A DNA stretch of 64,000 nt from Dehalococcoidia bacterium (lineage in GTDB: Bacteria; Chloroflexota; Dehalococcoidia; Lucifugimonadales; Australimonadaceae): NCBI GenBank assembly GCA_965242755.1, contig OZ251500.1, forward strand, positions 1,921,339 to 1,985,338. Reading direction: 5' to 3'. Of the stretch, positions 33,682 through 43,258 are shown in pieces (within the stretch, counting starts at the first letter, position 1; the number at the start of each line of letters is the position of its first letter). Both the position numbers and the translations under genes were made by a program. The notes under the pieces were generated by a model. That model worked only from the letters and a program-made list of their open reading frames with translations. It searched no databases and was not told the origin of the DNA.

Positions 33682-35367
33682 CTACCGCTCCGGCAACTGC
33701 CACAACTCCCGAATGCCCGGCTTCATCATCGACTCCTCCGCCATCCGCTCCGCATCACGCTCACGGTACAGCAACTCCACCTGCAACTGATTCAGCAGCC
33801 GACCCGTCGCCCGCGTGATCTTCCACAACTCCGGCATCGTCCTCGTCTTCCCTTTCGCGCGATTGCAGGGAGGGCAGAGGAGTTGCAAATTCACCATGAT
33901 GTCGGGGCCGCTCTTGACCAACGGAACCACATGGTCAACCTCCATCTGGCGCAAGTCCATCCGGACGCCGCAGCCGAGGCATAAGCCCTCCTGCCGGCCG
34001 TACAGGTCGCGCCGCTCCGCGAGCGTCCGCGGGCGGCGGCGCGCCTCCGCGGCGGCCTCCTCCTCCGAAACAGGGCGAATCGGCTCGTCCGTCTGCCCAG
34101 GCAGTTCCGCGACCCGATGGACCTTCTTGCCGTCGGGGAGGCCGGCGGTGGCACCCTCGACCTCCATTTCAGGGAAGGTGCCGCGCAGCCGTTTGACGAC
34201 CTGGCGATACGCCTCGACGCCCATGTCCATGCCGATCCATCGCCGCCCCAACTGCTCCGCCGCGACGCACGCCGTCGCGCACCCGCAGAACGGATCCAGC
34301 ACAACGTCGCCCGGATTACTGGACGCCTCAATGATGCGGTTCAACAACGCAAGCGGCTTCTGCGTCGGGTATTTTGTCGCCTCTTTATGCCATGAGCGCA
34401 CGGCCTGAACGTCCGCCCAGATGTCCTGAAGCGACATCCCCTTTGCCTCGTCAAGATACCTCTTCAGGCGAGGGAACCCGTTCCTCGTAATGAATACTCG
34501 CCCCTCCGCCTTCAAGCGCTCCAACCCGTCGCGGTCCAAAGCCCATCCGCGCCCCTTCGCCGGCGTGACGCCGAGCCACGCGAATTGCCTGTGCGCCGCA
34601 GCGGACGGAACAGTCAAATCCCCCGACTGGAAACGCCGCCCCTCTTCGTCCGTGTAGCGGTAGTAATCCTCAATGTACGAGGGGTCATACGCTTGATGAA
34701 CGTCGTTGTTCCAAACGGCGCTGTCCGTCTTGGAGTAGTACAGAAGCGTGTCGTGAATAGCGCCGCACTTATTGGCGTTGGAGTGCGCCGATGTGCGCCG
34801 CCAAACGATTTCGTTGCGGAAGTTCGCCGCGCCGAACACGGAGTCCATGATGCTCTTGAGGTAATGGCTCGCCGTCGGATCGCAATGCAGATAGATCGAG
34901 CCGGTCGGCTTGAGAATGCGCTGCATCTCCACGAGGCGCACCGCCATAAACGTGAGGTACCCCTGCATCGAGGGCGAATGCGCCCGACCCGCGCCCTCCA
35001 AAATCGGCGGCAGCGCGGGAATGACATGCCCAATCTCCGCGACCCACTCCACCTTCCAGTTCGGGTCGTCCGGCTCCATCGTGAACACGTCCACGAACCC
35101 GACGAGCCGATCCTGAACCGCCGCGAGAGGGTCGGGCCGCTCCTGCGGAGCGGGCAGGCGAATATCCTGCAGCAGGCCGCGCTCCTCCTGCTCCGCGAGC
35201 CCGATGGGGTTGAGGTAGGCCTTCCCGCTGTTGAACGGAGGGTCGAGGTAGATGAGGTCGACGCAGGCGTCGGGCAGCGCCCGCAGCGCGGGAAGGTTGT
35301 CGTTGACGACGATCGTCCGGTTCTCGATCCCGGGCAATATCGGCGCGTTGAGGTTGGTCTCCGTCAC
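33682..35367 (-). CDS. Beta-class N4/N6 DNA methyltransferase fused to a C-terminal HNH endonuclease domain
   Basis: Motif IV comes first (VDLIYLDPPFNSG) and motif I comes late (VVLDPFCGCATACVAAEQLGRRWIGMD). The C-terminal HNH reads CLGCGVRMDLRQMEVDHVVPLVKSGPDIMVNLQLLCPPCNRAKG. Confidence 0.8.
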   Translation of the reverse strand: MTETNLNAPILPGIENRTIVVNDNLPALRALPDACVDLIYLDPPFNSGKAYLNPIGLAEQEERGLLQDIRLPAPQERPDPLAAVQDRLVGFVDVFTMEPDDPNWKVEWVAEIGHVIPALPPILEGAGRAHSPSMQGYLTFMAVRLVEMQRILKPTGSIYLHCDPTASHYLKSIMDSVFGAANFRNEIVWRRTSAHSNANKCGAIHDTLLYYSKTDSAVWNNDVHQAYDPSYIEDYYRYTDEEGRRFQSGDLTVPSAAAHRQFAWLGVTPAKGRGWALDRDGLERLKAEGRVFITRNGFPRLKRYLDEAKGMSLQDIWADVQAVRSWHKEATKYPTQKPLALLNRIIEASSNPGDVVLDPFCGCATACVAAEQLGRRWIGMDMGVEAYRQVVKRLRGTFPEMEVEGATAGLPDGKKVHRVAELPGQTDEPIRPVSEEEAAAEARRRPRTLAERRDLYGRQEGLCLGCGVRMDLRQMEVDHVVPLVKSGPDIMVNLQLLCPPCNRAKGKTRTMPELWKITRATGRLLNQLQVELLYRERDAERMAEESMMKPGIRELWQLPER

Positions 35368-35823
35368 GGCGTCTCCGCAGGGGGGCGTTGGCCTAATCCT
35401 AGCCTAAGATGCGCCGAGCGGGGGCGCAATGTCAACGGGGGCGTGTCCGCATTCGGCGGCGCAAGGCACCGCCCTCTCTTGCCGCCCTGCCCGCGCAGCC
35501 GCGAACCCACCCGCCACGCAAACGCCACGAGACAGGGCGCAACGCGCCCCATCCCCAAGCCATCCCCGCCAACCACTCCCTCCCCGCGAAATCGGGAACC
35601 TACTGGCCACTCCGGCGCGCAAGCGCCGCCCCCCCCCTCTCCCTCTGGGAGAGGGCAGCCGCGCAGCGGCGGGTGAGGGTTGCCCACGCGCGCGGTTGCC
35701 CCCAATGCCGCAACTGTGACATCCGCCCCTTGCGCCGTCCCCTTGCCCATCCCTACGATGGGGCAATGACAATCCCAAGCCCAACCCGGCAAGCGCGGCG
35801 CCGAACGAGAGGCGCGGCGGGCA

Positions 35824-35900
35824 ACCGCTCAAAACCGCTCATTAAGGGCTCATTCGGGGCTCATTAAGGGCTCAAAATGGCTCATCTGGGGTTCAAAACG
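35824..35900. repeat. Seven head-to-tail 11-bp repeats (core GGCTCAT/GCTCAAA), iteron-like
   Basis: The units are ACCGCTCAAAA, CCGCTCATTAA, GGGCTCATTCG, GGGCTCATTAA, GGGCTCAAAAT, GGCTCATCTGG and GGTTCAAAACG. The period is exactly 11 nt. The array lies in a locally AT-richer patch with further A-tracts up to about 35990. Confidence 0.7.
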
Positions 35901-36054
35901 GCCCGCCCCAAAATGTCCCAAAACACGGCCAACACGGAAAAAGGAGTCTCCCGATGACCGAAAATGACCCAATCCCCGGGGCGAAAATTGCAGCAAGCCC
36001 TCAACATGACCGTAACGAGGCCATACGATGAACCACCCTCCCCGTGAGCGCCCC

Positions 36055-36312
36055 CTAGCCGTCGCCGCGCTCGCGGAGCGCGGCGCGCAACTCCTCGACC
36101 TCCCGGCGCAACTCCCGGTTCTTTCGCCCTATGTAGACCGCGTAGGCGAAGAAGCCGGCCCAGGTGAGCAGCGTTCCGGCGAGCAGATAGCCGAGATTGC
36201 TCTCGCCCGGCGCGCTCTGCGCGGACGCGGCGGCCATCGCGGGGGGCGCGGCGAGCGCGACGAACGCGCCGGCGGAGAGGAGAACGGAGAGGAGGCGGAT
36301 CATTCGCGGCAT
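36055..36312 (-). CDS. Small membrane protein, CcmD-like (last gene of the ccm cluster)
   Basis: 85 aa with a signal-like N-terminus, one TM (LLAGTLLTWAGFFAYAVYIGRK) and a charged helical tail. It sits immediately downstream of ccmC. Confidence 0.4.
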   Translation of the reverse strand: MPRMIRLLSVLLSAGAFVALAAPPAMAAASAQSAPGESNLGYLLAGTLLTWAGFFAYAVYIGRKNRELRREVEELRAALRERGDG

Positions 36313-36354
36313 AACGTTCCTTGTTTGCTGCGCCTGCGCGTCGGGCGGCGCGGG

Positions 36355-37080
36355 TTAGGCGGCGGCGCGCCGCAACTCCTCAAGCGCGTCTTCGTCGCGC
36401 CGGAGGGCAGTCCGCTCGGCGACGAGCGCAATGAAGAGAACGATGAACGCGACGAACGAGAAGAGGAGCGTGAGCAGCATTTCGCGCTCCAGCGAGCCTT
36501 GCGCGCCGGGGCCGGTCACGCGCTCCGGATGCAGCCCGCCCCACCAGTCCGCCGCCATATAGAGAAAAGGCACGGTGGCCGCGCCGATGACGGCGACCAC
36601 GGCCGACCAGCGCGCTCCGCGCTCCGCGTCGGGGGCGTAGGCGCGCGTCATCAAGCAGCCGATGAAAATCAGCCAGAGGACGAACGTGAGCGTTCCGTTC
36701 GCGTCCCACACCCACCAAACGCCCCAAACCGGCCGCGCCCATACCGCTCCCGTGAGGATCGCCGTCGTGAAAAAGACCACGCCGACCTCCGTCGATGCGT
36801 AGGCGATCCTGTCCCACTTCCGCGAGCGCCGCGCGAGATAGGCGACGCCGGCGGCGGCGGCGAGAACGAACGAGAGGAAACTCGTGAGGATGACCGGCAC
36901 GTGGAAGTAGAAGAGGCGCTGCACGATCCCCATCACCCGCTCCGTGGGGGCGTACTGGAAGATGAGATAGAGGTCAATGAGGACGAGCGCTCCGGCGGCG
37001 AGCAGGAGCCACTGCCTCCACGCGCCCGACGAATGGGCGCGCGAGGACGGGCGGGCGGGGGATGTCGCGTTGGGGGTCAT
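36355..37080 (-). CDS. ccmC: Heme exporter protein C
   Basis: WGVWWVWD tryptophan-rich motif in a multi-TM protein. The ATG at 37080 overlaps the ccmB stop (ATGA), so the ORF-track N-terminal extension is rejected. Confidence 0.8.
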   Translation of the reverse strand: MTPNATSPARPSSRAHSSGAWRQWLLLAAGALVLIDLYLIFQYAPTERVMGIVQRLFYFHVPVILTSFLSFVLAAAAGVAYLARRSRKWDRIAYASTEVGVVFFTTAILTGAVWARPVWGVWWVWDANGTLTFVLWLIFIGCLMTRAYAPDAERGARWSAVVAVIGAATVPFLYMAADWWGGLHPERVTGPGAQGSLEREMLLTLLFSFVAFIVLFIALVAERTALRRDEDALEELRRAAA

Positions 37081-37751
37081 TCTTCCAGCGTGAACTCGAA
37101 CGCCCATAATGATACCACAAGGAGCGCGGCGTCGAACGCGAGGATGAGTTGCAGCCAGCGCCCCGCGCCGCTCCAGCCTTCGCCGTCCAAAGCCGCCGCC
37201 GTTCCGGACGCCGCGCCGATAAGGAGCGGCAGCGACAGCGGAATGAAGAGCAGCGGCAGCAGCGCCTCCCGCGCCCGGGCGTTCGCCGCGATTGCGGAGA
37301 GGAGCGCGCCGACGGCGGCGATCCCGATGGTCGCGGCGAACGCCACGGCGGCGAACCAAACGTTCAGCAGCGAGAGGCCGTAGAGAACGAGAAAGACGGG
37401 CGCCAACAGCGCCTCCGCCGCCGTCAGGAGCGTGAGCAAGCCGAGGAACTTGCCGAAGTAGACCGCCTCCGGCGGCGCGGGCGCAAGCCGCAGGCCGTCC
37501 AGCGTTCCGCGCTCGACCTCCAAGAGGAACGTCCGATTCATTCCCAGCATCGCCGTGAAGATATACGCGACCCAGACGATGCCGGGGCCGACGATGGCGA
37601 GCGTTCGCGGCGACGGATCGAACGCGAACGTGAAGATGAACGCCGCGACGAACGCGAAGGCGAGCGTCGCCCCAAGCGTCTCCCGCGTGCGCGCCTCGAT
37701 GCGGACGTCCTTGGCGTAGACGGCGAGCGCCGCGCGCAGCCCCGCGCGCAT
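37077..37751 (-). CDS. ccmB: Heme exporter protein B
   Basis: 224-aa six-TM protein with FLLEVERGTLDGL. The ATG at 37751 overlaps the ccmA stop (TAATG). Confidence 0.8.
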   Translation of the reverse strand: MRAGLRAALAVYAKDVRIEARTRETLGATLAFAFVAAFIFTFAFDPSPRTLAIVGPGIVWVAYIFTAMLGMNRTFLLEVERGTLDGLRLAPAPPEAVYFGKFLGLLTLLTAAEALLAPVFLVLYGLSLLNVWFAAVAFAATIGIAAVGALLSAIAANARAREALLPLLFIPLSLPLLIGAASGTAAALDGEGWSGAGRWLQLILAFDAALLVVSLWAFEFTLEE

Positions 37752-38491
37752 TACGCCCCGCTCTCCGGCGCCGCCGCGAGCGCGACCGCGGCGGGGTCCG
37801 CGTCCGCCGCGCTCCCCTCGGCGGCCACGCGCCCGCCCCGGAGGACGGCGTATCGGTCGGCGGCGGCCAGTCCGCGCTCGACGTCGTGCGTTGCGAACAC
37901 GACGGCGCCCCCGCCCTCCGCGACGGCGCGAACGACGCCCTCGAGGAACGCCTTGCCCTGCGCGTCGAGCCCGGCGTCGGGCTCGTCGAGCAGCAGAAGC
38001 GCGGGGCGGTGGAGCAGCGCGCGGGCCACGGCGACCCGCTTCTGCATGCCGTTCGAGAGCGCGCGGACGCGGCGGCCCGCCCATCGCTCCGCCCCGGCGT
38101 CGCGCAGCACGTCGTCGGCGCGCCGCTCGCCGTCGGACAGTCCGTAGAGGCGGGCGTAGAAGCGCAGATTCTCCTGCGGCGTCAGATCGGGGTAGAGCAT
38201 ATTGCGGTGGCCGACGTAGCCGGTGGCGGCGCGGGCGTTGGCGGCTTGCGCGGGCAGAGCGAAGCCCGCCGCGACGGCCTCCCCCGCGCCGGGCTTGACG
38301 AGCGCGGCCGCGACGCGCAGGAGCGTGCTCTTGCCCGCCCCGTTGTGCCCGAACAGCGCAAGCGCGCCTCCCCACGGCGCGGCGAGGTCAACCGACCGCA
38401 GCGCGTAGGCCGCGCCGTAGGCTTTGGAGACGCCGCGCAACTCCAGCCCATAGCCGGAGCGCGCGGCGAGTTTCGGGGATTGGCCGTCCAT
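37751..38491 (-). CDS. ccmA: Heme ABC exporter ATP-binding protein
   Basis: Walker A GHNGAGKSTLL, signature LSNGMQKRVAVA and Walker B LLLLDEP. The start is set to ATG 38491 (MDGQSPK). Confidence 0.85.
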   Translation of the reverse strand: MDGQSPKLAARSGYGLELRGVSKAYGAAYALRSVDLAAPWGGALALFGHNGAGKSTLLRVAAALVKPGAGEAVAAGFALPAQAANARAATGYVGHRNMLYPDLTPQENLRFYARLYGLSDGERRADDVLRDAGAERWAGRRVRALSNGMQKRVAVARALLHRPALLLLDEPDAGLDAQGKAFLEGVVRAVAEGGGAVVFATHDVERGLAAADRYAVLRGGRVAAEGSAADADPAAVALAAAPESGA

Positions 38492-38594
38492 AGGAGAGGG
38501 TGCAATGTTACATTGGCCGGCGTCGGCGGGGCGGCTGCGCGGCGAGGCGGACGTGGAGTTCCTCGATGCAACGAATCGCCGAATCAGCGGCGCG

Positions 38595-40262
38595 TCACCC
38601 CGGCTTGCGCGCGATGAGAACCGTCCCGTCCGCAAGGTCCGCCGCCGTTTCCGCGTCCAACGCGGCCCGGATCTCGTCGGGCGTCGCGCACGCCGCCTCT
38701 CGGTCCGACCAGATGATGTAGAGGTCTTGGCCGTCGCCGTGCATCCATCGCGCCAGGCCGAGGAGCCCCTCCGCGTCGCAAGGGATCTCGTGGTGCGTGA
38801 CGGGCAGTCCGACCAGCAAATAGACCTGCCCGCGAATGTTGCTCGCGAGTTCGTAGTCGCCCTGATGCGGGTTCGCTCGCAGATACTGGATGAGTTCGGA
38901 CTCCTCCCACGATCGGGACGTTATGCCCAGCCCTTCGTTCAAGTGCCGTTGGAAGCGATCGGCGTAGAGACTCGCTTGCGGCAAGAGCCAGAGCGTAAGC
39001 GCCGCCGCGACGGCGATAGCGGCCGCGTTGCGCGCGAACGCCGCCCTGAGCCCCGCGCCGTCGTCCCCCGCCGCGGTCCGGCGGTTGCGCCTGGCCGTGA
39101 GAAACCGGTCGAGCAGGAGCGCCGCAAGGAGGAGCATGGGGATATGAATCGGGGCGTAGTACCTGAGGCCGAAACTCTCGACGCCGCGGTACGAGATCAT
39201 CGCAACGACGGAGACGGCGTAGACAACGACGAAAAGCGCTAGGACGAATGCGGGATCGGATCGGCGCGGACGCCGCCGCGCATTGGGTTTGGCGACTCGC
39301 GCAAAGAGGAAGAGCGCCGCCAAAACGCCAATCGCAAACAGCGCGCCCGCGCCAATCAGCGTTGCGGTCGTCCCTGCGCCGTCGGCGTAGTCGGTCAGCC
39401 GGAAGTAGGCGGCGCGCCCTAGCCGCGACCATCCGGATAACGCCTCCGCGAACCGGAGCATCAGCGCTGACAGGTTTTCCGTGAATGAAAACGCAGGCGG
39501 AATGTCGGCGTGATTGCTGAGCCTGCCGATCTGCAGGAGGTTCCGCGCAAGCCATAAGCAGATCGGCGTCATCGCAATCGCCATGTAGAGCAGAATGTTC
39601 GCGGCGCGTTGGCGAAGCGCCGCGTCGCGCTGGAACAGCAGCAGAAGCGCGCCCGTCAGCGCAAGCGGCGCGCCGAACCAGCGCGTCAGGAGCGCCAACG
39701 CGGCGAAGACGGCCGATGCAATGAGCAGGGAACGCTTCGGCTTCCCCTCGGTGTAAGCAATGAGCGCTAGAAGCCCCATTAGCGTAAGCGGGATAAAGAC
39801 CGCCTCCGCTTTCGCCATCGACCCTACGTAGACCAGCGGAGGCGCGACGACGAGCGCGACGGTCGCCCACGCAACGAGGAGCGCCGATTGAACCCTCCGC
39901 CGGAGCCATACGGACGCGATGAAAACGGCGGCCCCGAACGCGGCGGCGTTGAGCCAGCCCGCAGCCCGCAGCGGGTCCGCGCCGAGCAGGTCGGCGAGCG
40001 CGAGCAGTCCGGGAAAGAGCGGCGGGTAGTTGACGTAATGGCTTTGGTCGTGGAGAACGACGAATCCGTTCCCGTCCGCGGCGTTCCTCGCGGCGGAGAT
40101 ATAGGCCACCGAGTCAAGCGTCGTCCCGACGCCGTAGTTAACTTCCCGGGCGAGAATCAGCCCCGCGCCGATAAGGGAGGCCGTAGCCAAAATCAACGTT
40201 GCCCTGTCGGGGCGGAGCCGGGCGGCGCGGCCTATCGCGGCGCCTAGGTTCGGGGCTTGCAT
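38595..40262 (-). CDS. Polytopic membrane protein, GT39/ArnT-like glycosyltransferase
   Basis: 555 aa with many TM segments. The N-terminal loop DSVAYISAARNAADGNGFV...NYPPLFPGLLAL is typical of PMT/ArnT-type enzymes. This is a family-level call only. Confidence 0.5.
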   Translation of the reverse strand: MQAPNLGAAIGRAARLRPDRATLILATASLIGAGLILAREVNYGVGTTLDSVAYISAARNAADGNGFVVLHDQSHYVNYPPLFPGLLALADLLGADPLRAAGWLNAAAFGAAVFIASVWLRRRVQSALLVAWATVALVVAPPLVYVGSMAKAEAVFIPLTLMGLLALIAYTEGKPKRSLLIASAVFAALALLTRWFGAPLALTGALLLLFQRDAALRQRAANILLYMAIAMTPICLWLARNLLQIGRLSNHADIPPAFSFTENLSALMLRFAEALSGWSRLGRAAYFRLTDYADGAGTTATLIGAGALFAIGVLAALFLFARVAKPNARRRPRRSDPAFVLALFVVVYAVSVVAMISYRGVESFGLRYYAPIHIPMLLLAALLLDRFLTARRNRRTAAGDDGAGLRAAFARNAAAIAVAAALTLWLLPQASLYADRFQRHLNEGLGITSRSWEESELIQYLRANPHQGDYELASNIRGQVYLLVGLPVTHHEIPCDAEGLLGLARWMHGDGQDLYIIWSDREAACATPDEIRAALDAETAADLADGTVLIARKPG

Positions 40263-40432
40263 AGAACGATCCTTCGCCGGGGGGAACTAGGAACAAGGAT
40301 AGCGCCCGGCGGCGCGGGGCCGATTCCGCGGAATCTGATCGCGCGCCACCGCGCGTCCGCTTGGGCGGCCGGCGTTGCGATTCCTGCCCAATGCGGGTAT
40401 GTTGCGCCTAACACTCCAACGGAGAAGCGCAG

Positions 40433-41524
40433 ATGAAAATCGAGAATGTCCGCGCAACCACCTACAACGTTCCCGTGCCGGTTCCGCTGCTCGACGAGCC
40501 GGTGATGCGCCCGTTCGTCCTGTGCGCGGTCGAGACGGACGCGGGCGTGACGGGCTACGGCATCACGGGGCCCATCCAGCGGAAGGCCGTCCGCGAGCAT
40601 CTGAACGCGGAGTTGGGGCCGCTCGTCCGGGGCATGAATCCGTTCGAGACGGAGCGCGTCTGGCATACCTGCTACGAGGAGCACAACCCGCGCTCGCAGA
40701 CGGGCGCGTGGTCGTCGGCGGTGAGCGCGTTGGACGTCGCGCTGTGGGACGTCAAGGGGAAGGCGCTGGATATGCCGGTGTGGCGGCTGCTCGGCGGCGC
40801 CCAAGCGCAGGTTCCGGCGTACATCACGTTCGGGCTGCCGGAGTACACGGAGGCGCAACTCGTTCAGGTCGCGCGGGATTTCGTCGCGCGGGGCGAGGAC
40901 AAACTGAAGATGGTGGTCGGCGTGGCGGGCGGCCACCAGGGCTGGCGCGAGGACGCGGCGCGCGTTCGGGCGGTGCGGGAGGCGGTGGGGCCGGACATCC
41001 AGTTGGCGATGGACGCGAACTATATGTTCCAGTTCAACAACGCGCTCAACCTGGCGAAATCGGTTGAGGATTGCGGGGTCGAGTGGTTCGAGGAGCCGGT
41101 GTGGGGCAACGACGCGGCGCTGCTGCGCGATCTGCGGATGCGGACGAGCATTCCGATTTCGGCGGGGCAGAACGAAGGGCATCGCTTCCGCGCGCGGGAA
41201 CTGCTGACGCATGGCGCGGTGGACATTCTGCAGCCGAACGTCGTCTACTGCGGCGGCTACACGGAGGGCATGAAGATCGCCGCGCTCGCGCAGGCGTTCA
41301 ATCTCCCAATCGCCAACGGCGGGGGCTGGCCGCACCACAACATGCACCTGCAGGCCGCCGTCCCCAACGGCTGGCGCGTCGAGTACCACTACGTGATGTG
41401 GAAGTGCGGGGAGATGGCGTTCGACGGCTGCGTCGGCCCGGAGCGCGGGATAACGACGATGCCGGAGACGCCAGGGCTCGGCCTGTCGCCGAGGTGGGAC
41501 GCGCTGCGCGATTGGGAGGAGTGA
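40433..41524 (+). CDS. Enolase-superfamily enzyme (mandelate racemase/muconate lactonizing family)
   Basis: N-terminal capping domain followed by a barrel with LKMVVG, LAMDANYMF, VEWFEEPV and DILQPNVVYCGG. Confidence 0.8.
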   Translation: MKIENVRATTYNVPVPVPLLDEPVMRPFVLCAVETDAGVTGYGITGPIQRKAVREHLNAELGPLVRGMNPFETERVWHTCYEEHNPRSQTGAWSSAVSALDVALWDVKGKALDMPVWRLLGGAQAQVPAYITFGLPEYTEAQLVQVARDFVARGEDKLKMVVGVAGGHQGWREDAARVRAVREAVGPDIQLAMDANYMFQFNNALNLAKSVEDCGVEWFEEPVWGNDAALLRDLRMRTSIPISAGQNEGHRFRARELLTHGAVDILQPNVVYCGGYTEGMKIAALAQAFNLPIANGGGWPHHNMHLQAAVPNGWRVEYHYVMWKCGEMAFDGCVGPERGITTMPETPGLGLSPRWDALRDWEE

Positions 41525-41572
41525 GCGGGGCGGGCGCCCGGCTCGGCGCGAGCCGGGCGCCGCTTTGCGTCG

Positions 41573-41932
41573 CTAGACGGCGGACTCGCCGCGCTCGCCG
41601 GTGCGGACGCGGACGACCTCCGCGATCGGCGCGACGAAGATCTTGCCGTCGCCGATCTCGCCGTTGTCGCCGGTGCGCGCGGCCTCAATGATGGCGGCGA
41701 TGACCGCCTCCTGCATGTTGTCGGTGATGACGGTGCGGACGAGCGTCTTGGGGACGGAGTGCCGGCTCGCCATCGCGCCGCCGCGCCCCACGAACACCTC
41801 GACGCCGCGCTGGCGCCCCTCGCCGGTGACGTTGCAGTAGTAGAACCCCTGGCAGCCGACGGACTCCAGCGCCTCCGTGACGTGGTGGATGCGCTCGGGC
41901 CGGATGACCGCCTCTATGCTCAGCATTGCCAT
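41573..41932 (-). CDS. glnK: P-II nitrogen regulatory protein
   Basis: IEAVIRPERIHHVTEALESVG...ARTGDNGEIGDGKIFVAPIAEVVRVRTGERGESA. It lies directly downstream of the ammonium transporter. Confidence 0.85.
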   Translation of the reverse strand: MAMLSIEAVIRPERIHHVTEALESVGCQGFYYCNVTGEGRQRGVEVFVGRGGAMASRHSVPKTLVRTVITDNMQEAVIAAIIEAARTGDNGEIGDGKIFVAPIAEVVRVRTGERGESAV

Positions 41933-42002
41933 GTCGTGCCTCCTAATTGTCCGGGGGCGGCGGCGAACCGCGCGCCCCCGGTGCGCTATGCGCGCGCGTA
42001 TG

Positions 42003-43196
42003 CTAGTCGGCCCCGTCGCTCACGTAGGCGCGCTCGCCGTGCGCCGCGACGTCCAGTCCGACGTCCTCGTCGCGGGCGTTCACCCGCAGGCCCAACCCCG
42101 GAATGAGGTCGAGAACCTTAAGGATGATGAAGGAGACGATGAACGAGTAGGCGATCGTGGCGATCACGCCCACCGCCTGAACGCCCAACTGCCTGGCTTC
42201 GCCTTCGATCAGGCCGGCGACGCCCGCGAACGCCGACACGGTGAAGACGCCGGTGGCGAGCGCGCCCCATATCCCGCCGACGCCGTGCACGGCGAAGACG
42301 TCGAGCGAGTCGTCGAAGCCCATCTTCGGGCGGAGGAGGACGGCGGCGTAGCAGAAGATGCCCGCGCCGAGCCCGACGCCAAGCGCGCCCATCACGCCGA
42401 CCGCGCCCGCCGCCGGAGTGATGGCGACGAGTCCGCCGACGGCGCCGGTGGCGACGCCCGCCGCGCTCATCTTCTTGTTTTGGATCTGCGAGAGGATGCC
42501 CCACGTGAGGGCGGCGGTCGCGGCGGCGATGTTGGTCACCAGGAAGGCGTTGACCGCGACGCCATCGGCTGCGAGGCCGGATCCTGCGTTGAATCCGAAC
42601 CATCCGAACCAGAGCAGCGCCGCGCCGATGACGACGTAGGGCACGTTGCCGGGCTCGAGGCCGGGGTCGCGCCGCTTGCCGACGAGGATGGCGGCCGCGA
42701 CGGCGGCGACGGCGGCGTTGATGTGGACGACGGTGCCGCCCGCGAAGTCGAGCGCGCCCATCTCAAAGAGCCAGCCGTTCTCCGCCCAGACCCAGTGCGC
42801 GATGGGGGCGTAGACGACCGTGATCCAGATCACGAGGAACACGAGGTAGGTGGTGAACTTGAAACGCTCGACGATCGCGCCCGTGATCAGCGCGGGGGTG
42901 ATGATGGCGAACATCATCTGAAACACGGCGAACAGCATATCGTCGCCGGGCTCGATCCCCGACAGCCCGAGCAGCGTAAGGTCGCCCACCAAGGCGTTGC
43001 CGTCGCCGAACGCGACGCTGTAGCCCCAAAGGACCCAGACGACGCTCACGACGGCCATGCTCATAAACGAGAGCATTATCGTGCTGATGACGTTCCGGCT
43101 GCGGACGAGGCCTCCGTAGAAGAAGGCGAGGCCCGGCGTCATCAGCAACACCAGGGCCGAAGCCGTCAGCAACCATGCGGTATTCCCACTGTCCAT
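42003..43196 (-). CDS. amtB: Ammonium transporter
   Basis: MDSGNTAWLLTASALVLLMTPGLAFFYGGLVR, DFAGGTVVHINAAVAA and LDVFAVHGVGGIWG are classic Amt signatures. Confidence 0.9.
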   Translation of the reverse strand: MDSGNTAWLLTASALVLLMTPGLAFFYGGLVRSRNVISTIMLSFMSMAVVSVVWVLWGYSVAFGDGNALVGDLTLLGLSGIEPGDDMLFAVFQMMFAIITPALITGAIVERFKFTTYLVFLVIWITVVYAPIAHWVWAENGWLFEMGALDFAGGTVVHINAAVAAVAAAILVGKRRDPGLEPGNVPYVVIGAALLWFGWFGFNAGSGLAADGVAVNAFLVTNIAAATAALTWGILSQIQNKKMSAAGVATGAVGGLVAITPAAGAVGVMGALGVGLGAGIFCYAAVLLRPKMGFDDSLDVFAVHGVGGIWGALATGVFTVSAFAGVAGLIEGEARQLGVQAVGVIATIAYSFIVSFIILKVLDLIPGLGLRVNARDEDVGLDVAAHGERAYVSDGAD

Positions 43197-43258
43197 ATGC
43201 GGCGCTCCTCCCGTGTGGAATGTGCGTCTAATTTATCACGCGCCGCCGCGCAGGGTTC

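Noticed and set aside
35954-36031. 25-codon ORF with a good RBS, as a real gene feature
   Set aside because: It is too short and has no support beyond the RBS. It is mentioned inside the iteron-array finding instead.
36028-38617. Plus-strand ORFs 36028..37383, 37149..38147 and 37886..38617
   Set aside because: They are antisense to the translationally coupled ccmA-B-C-D genes (ATGA and TAATG overlaps, Walker motifs, WGxxWxWD). The plus-strand products are Arg/Glu/Asp low-complexity.
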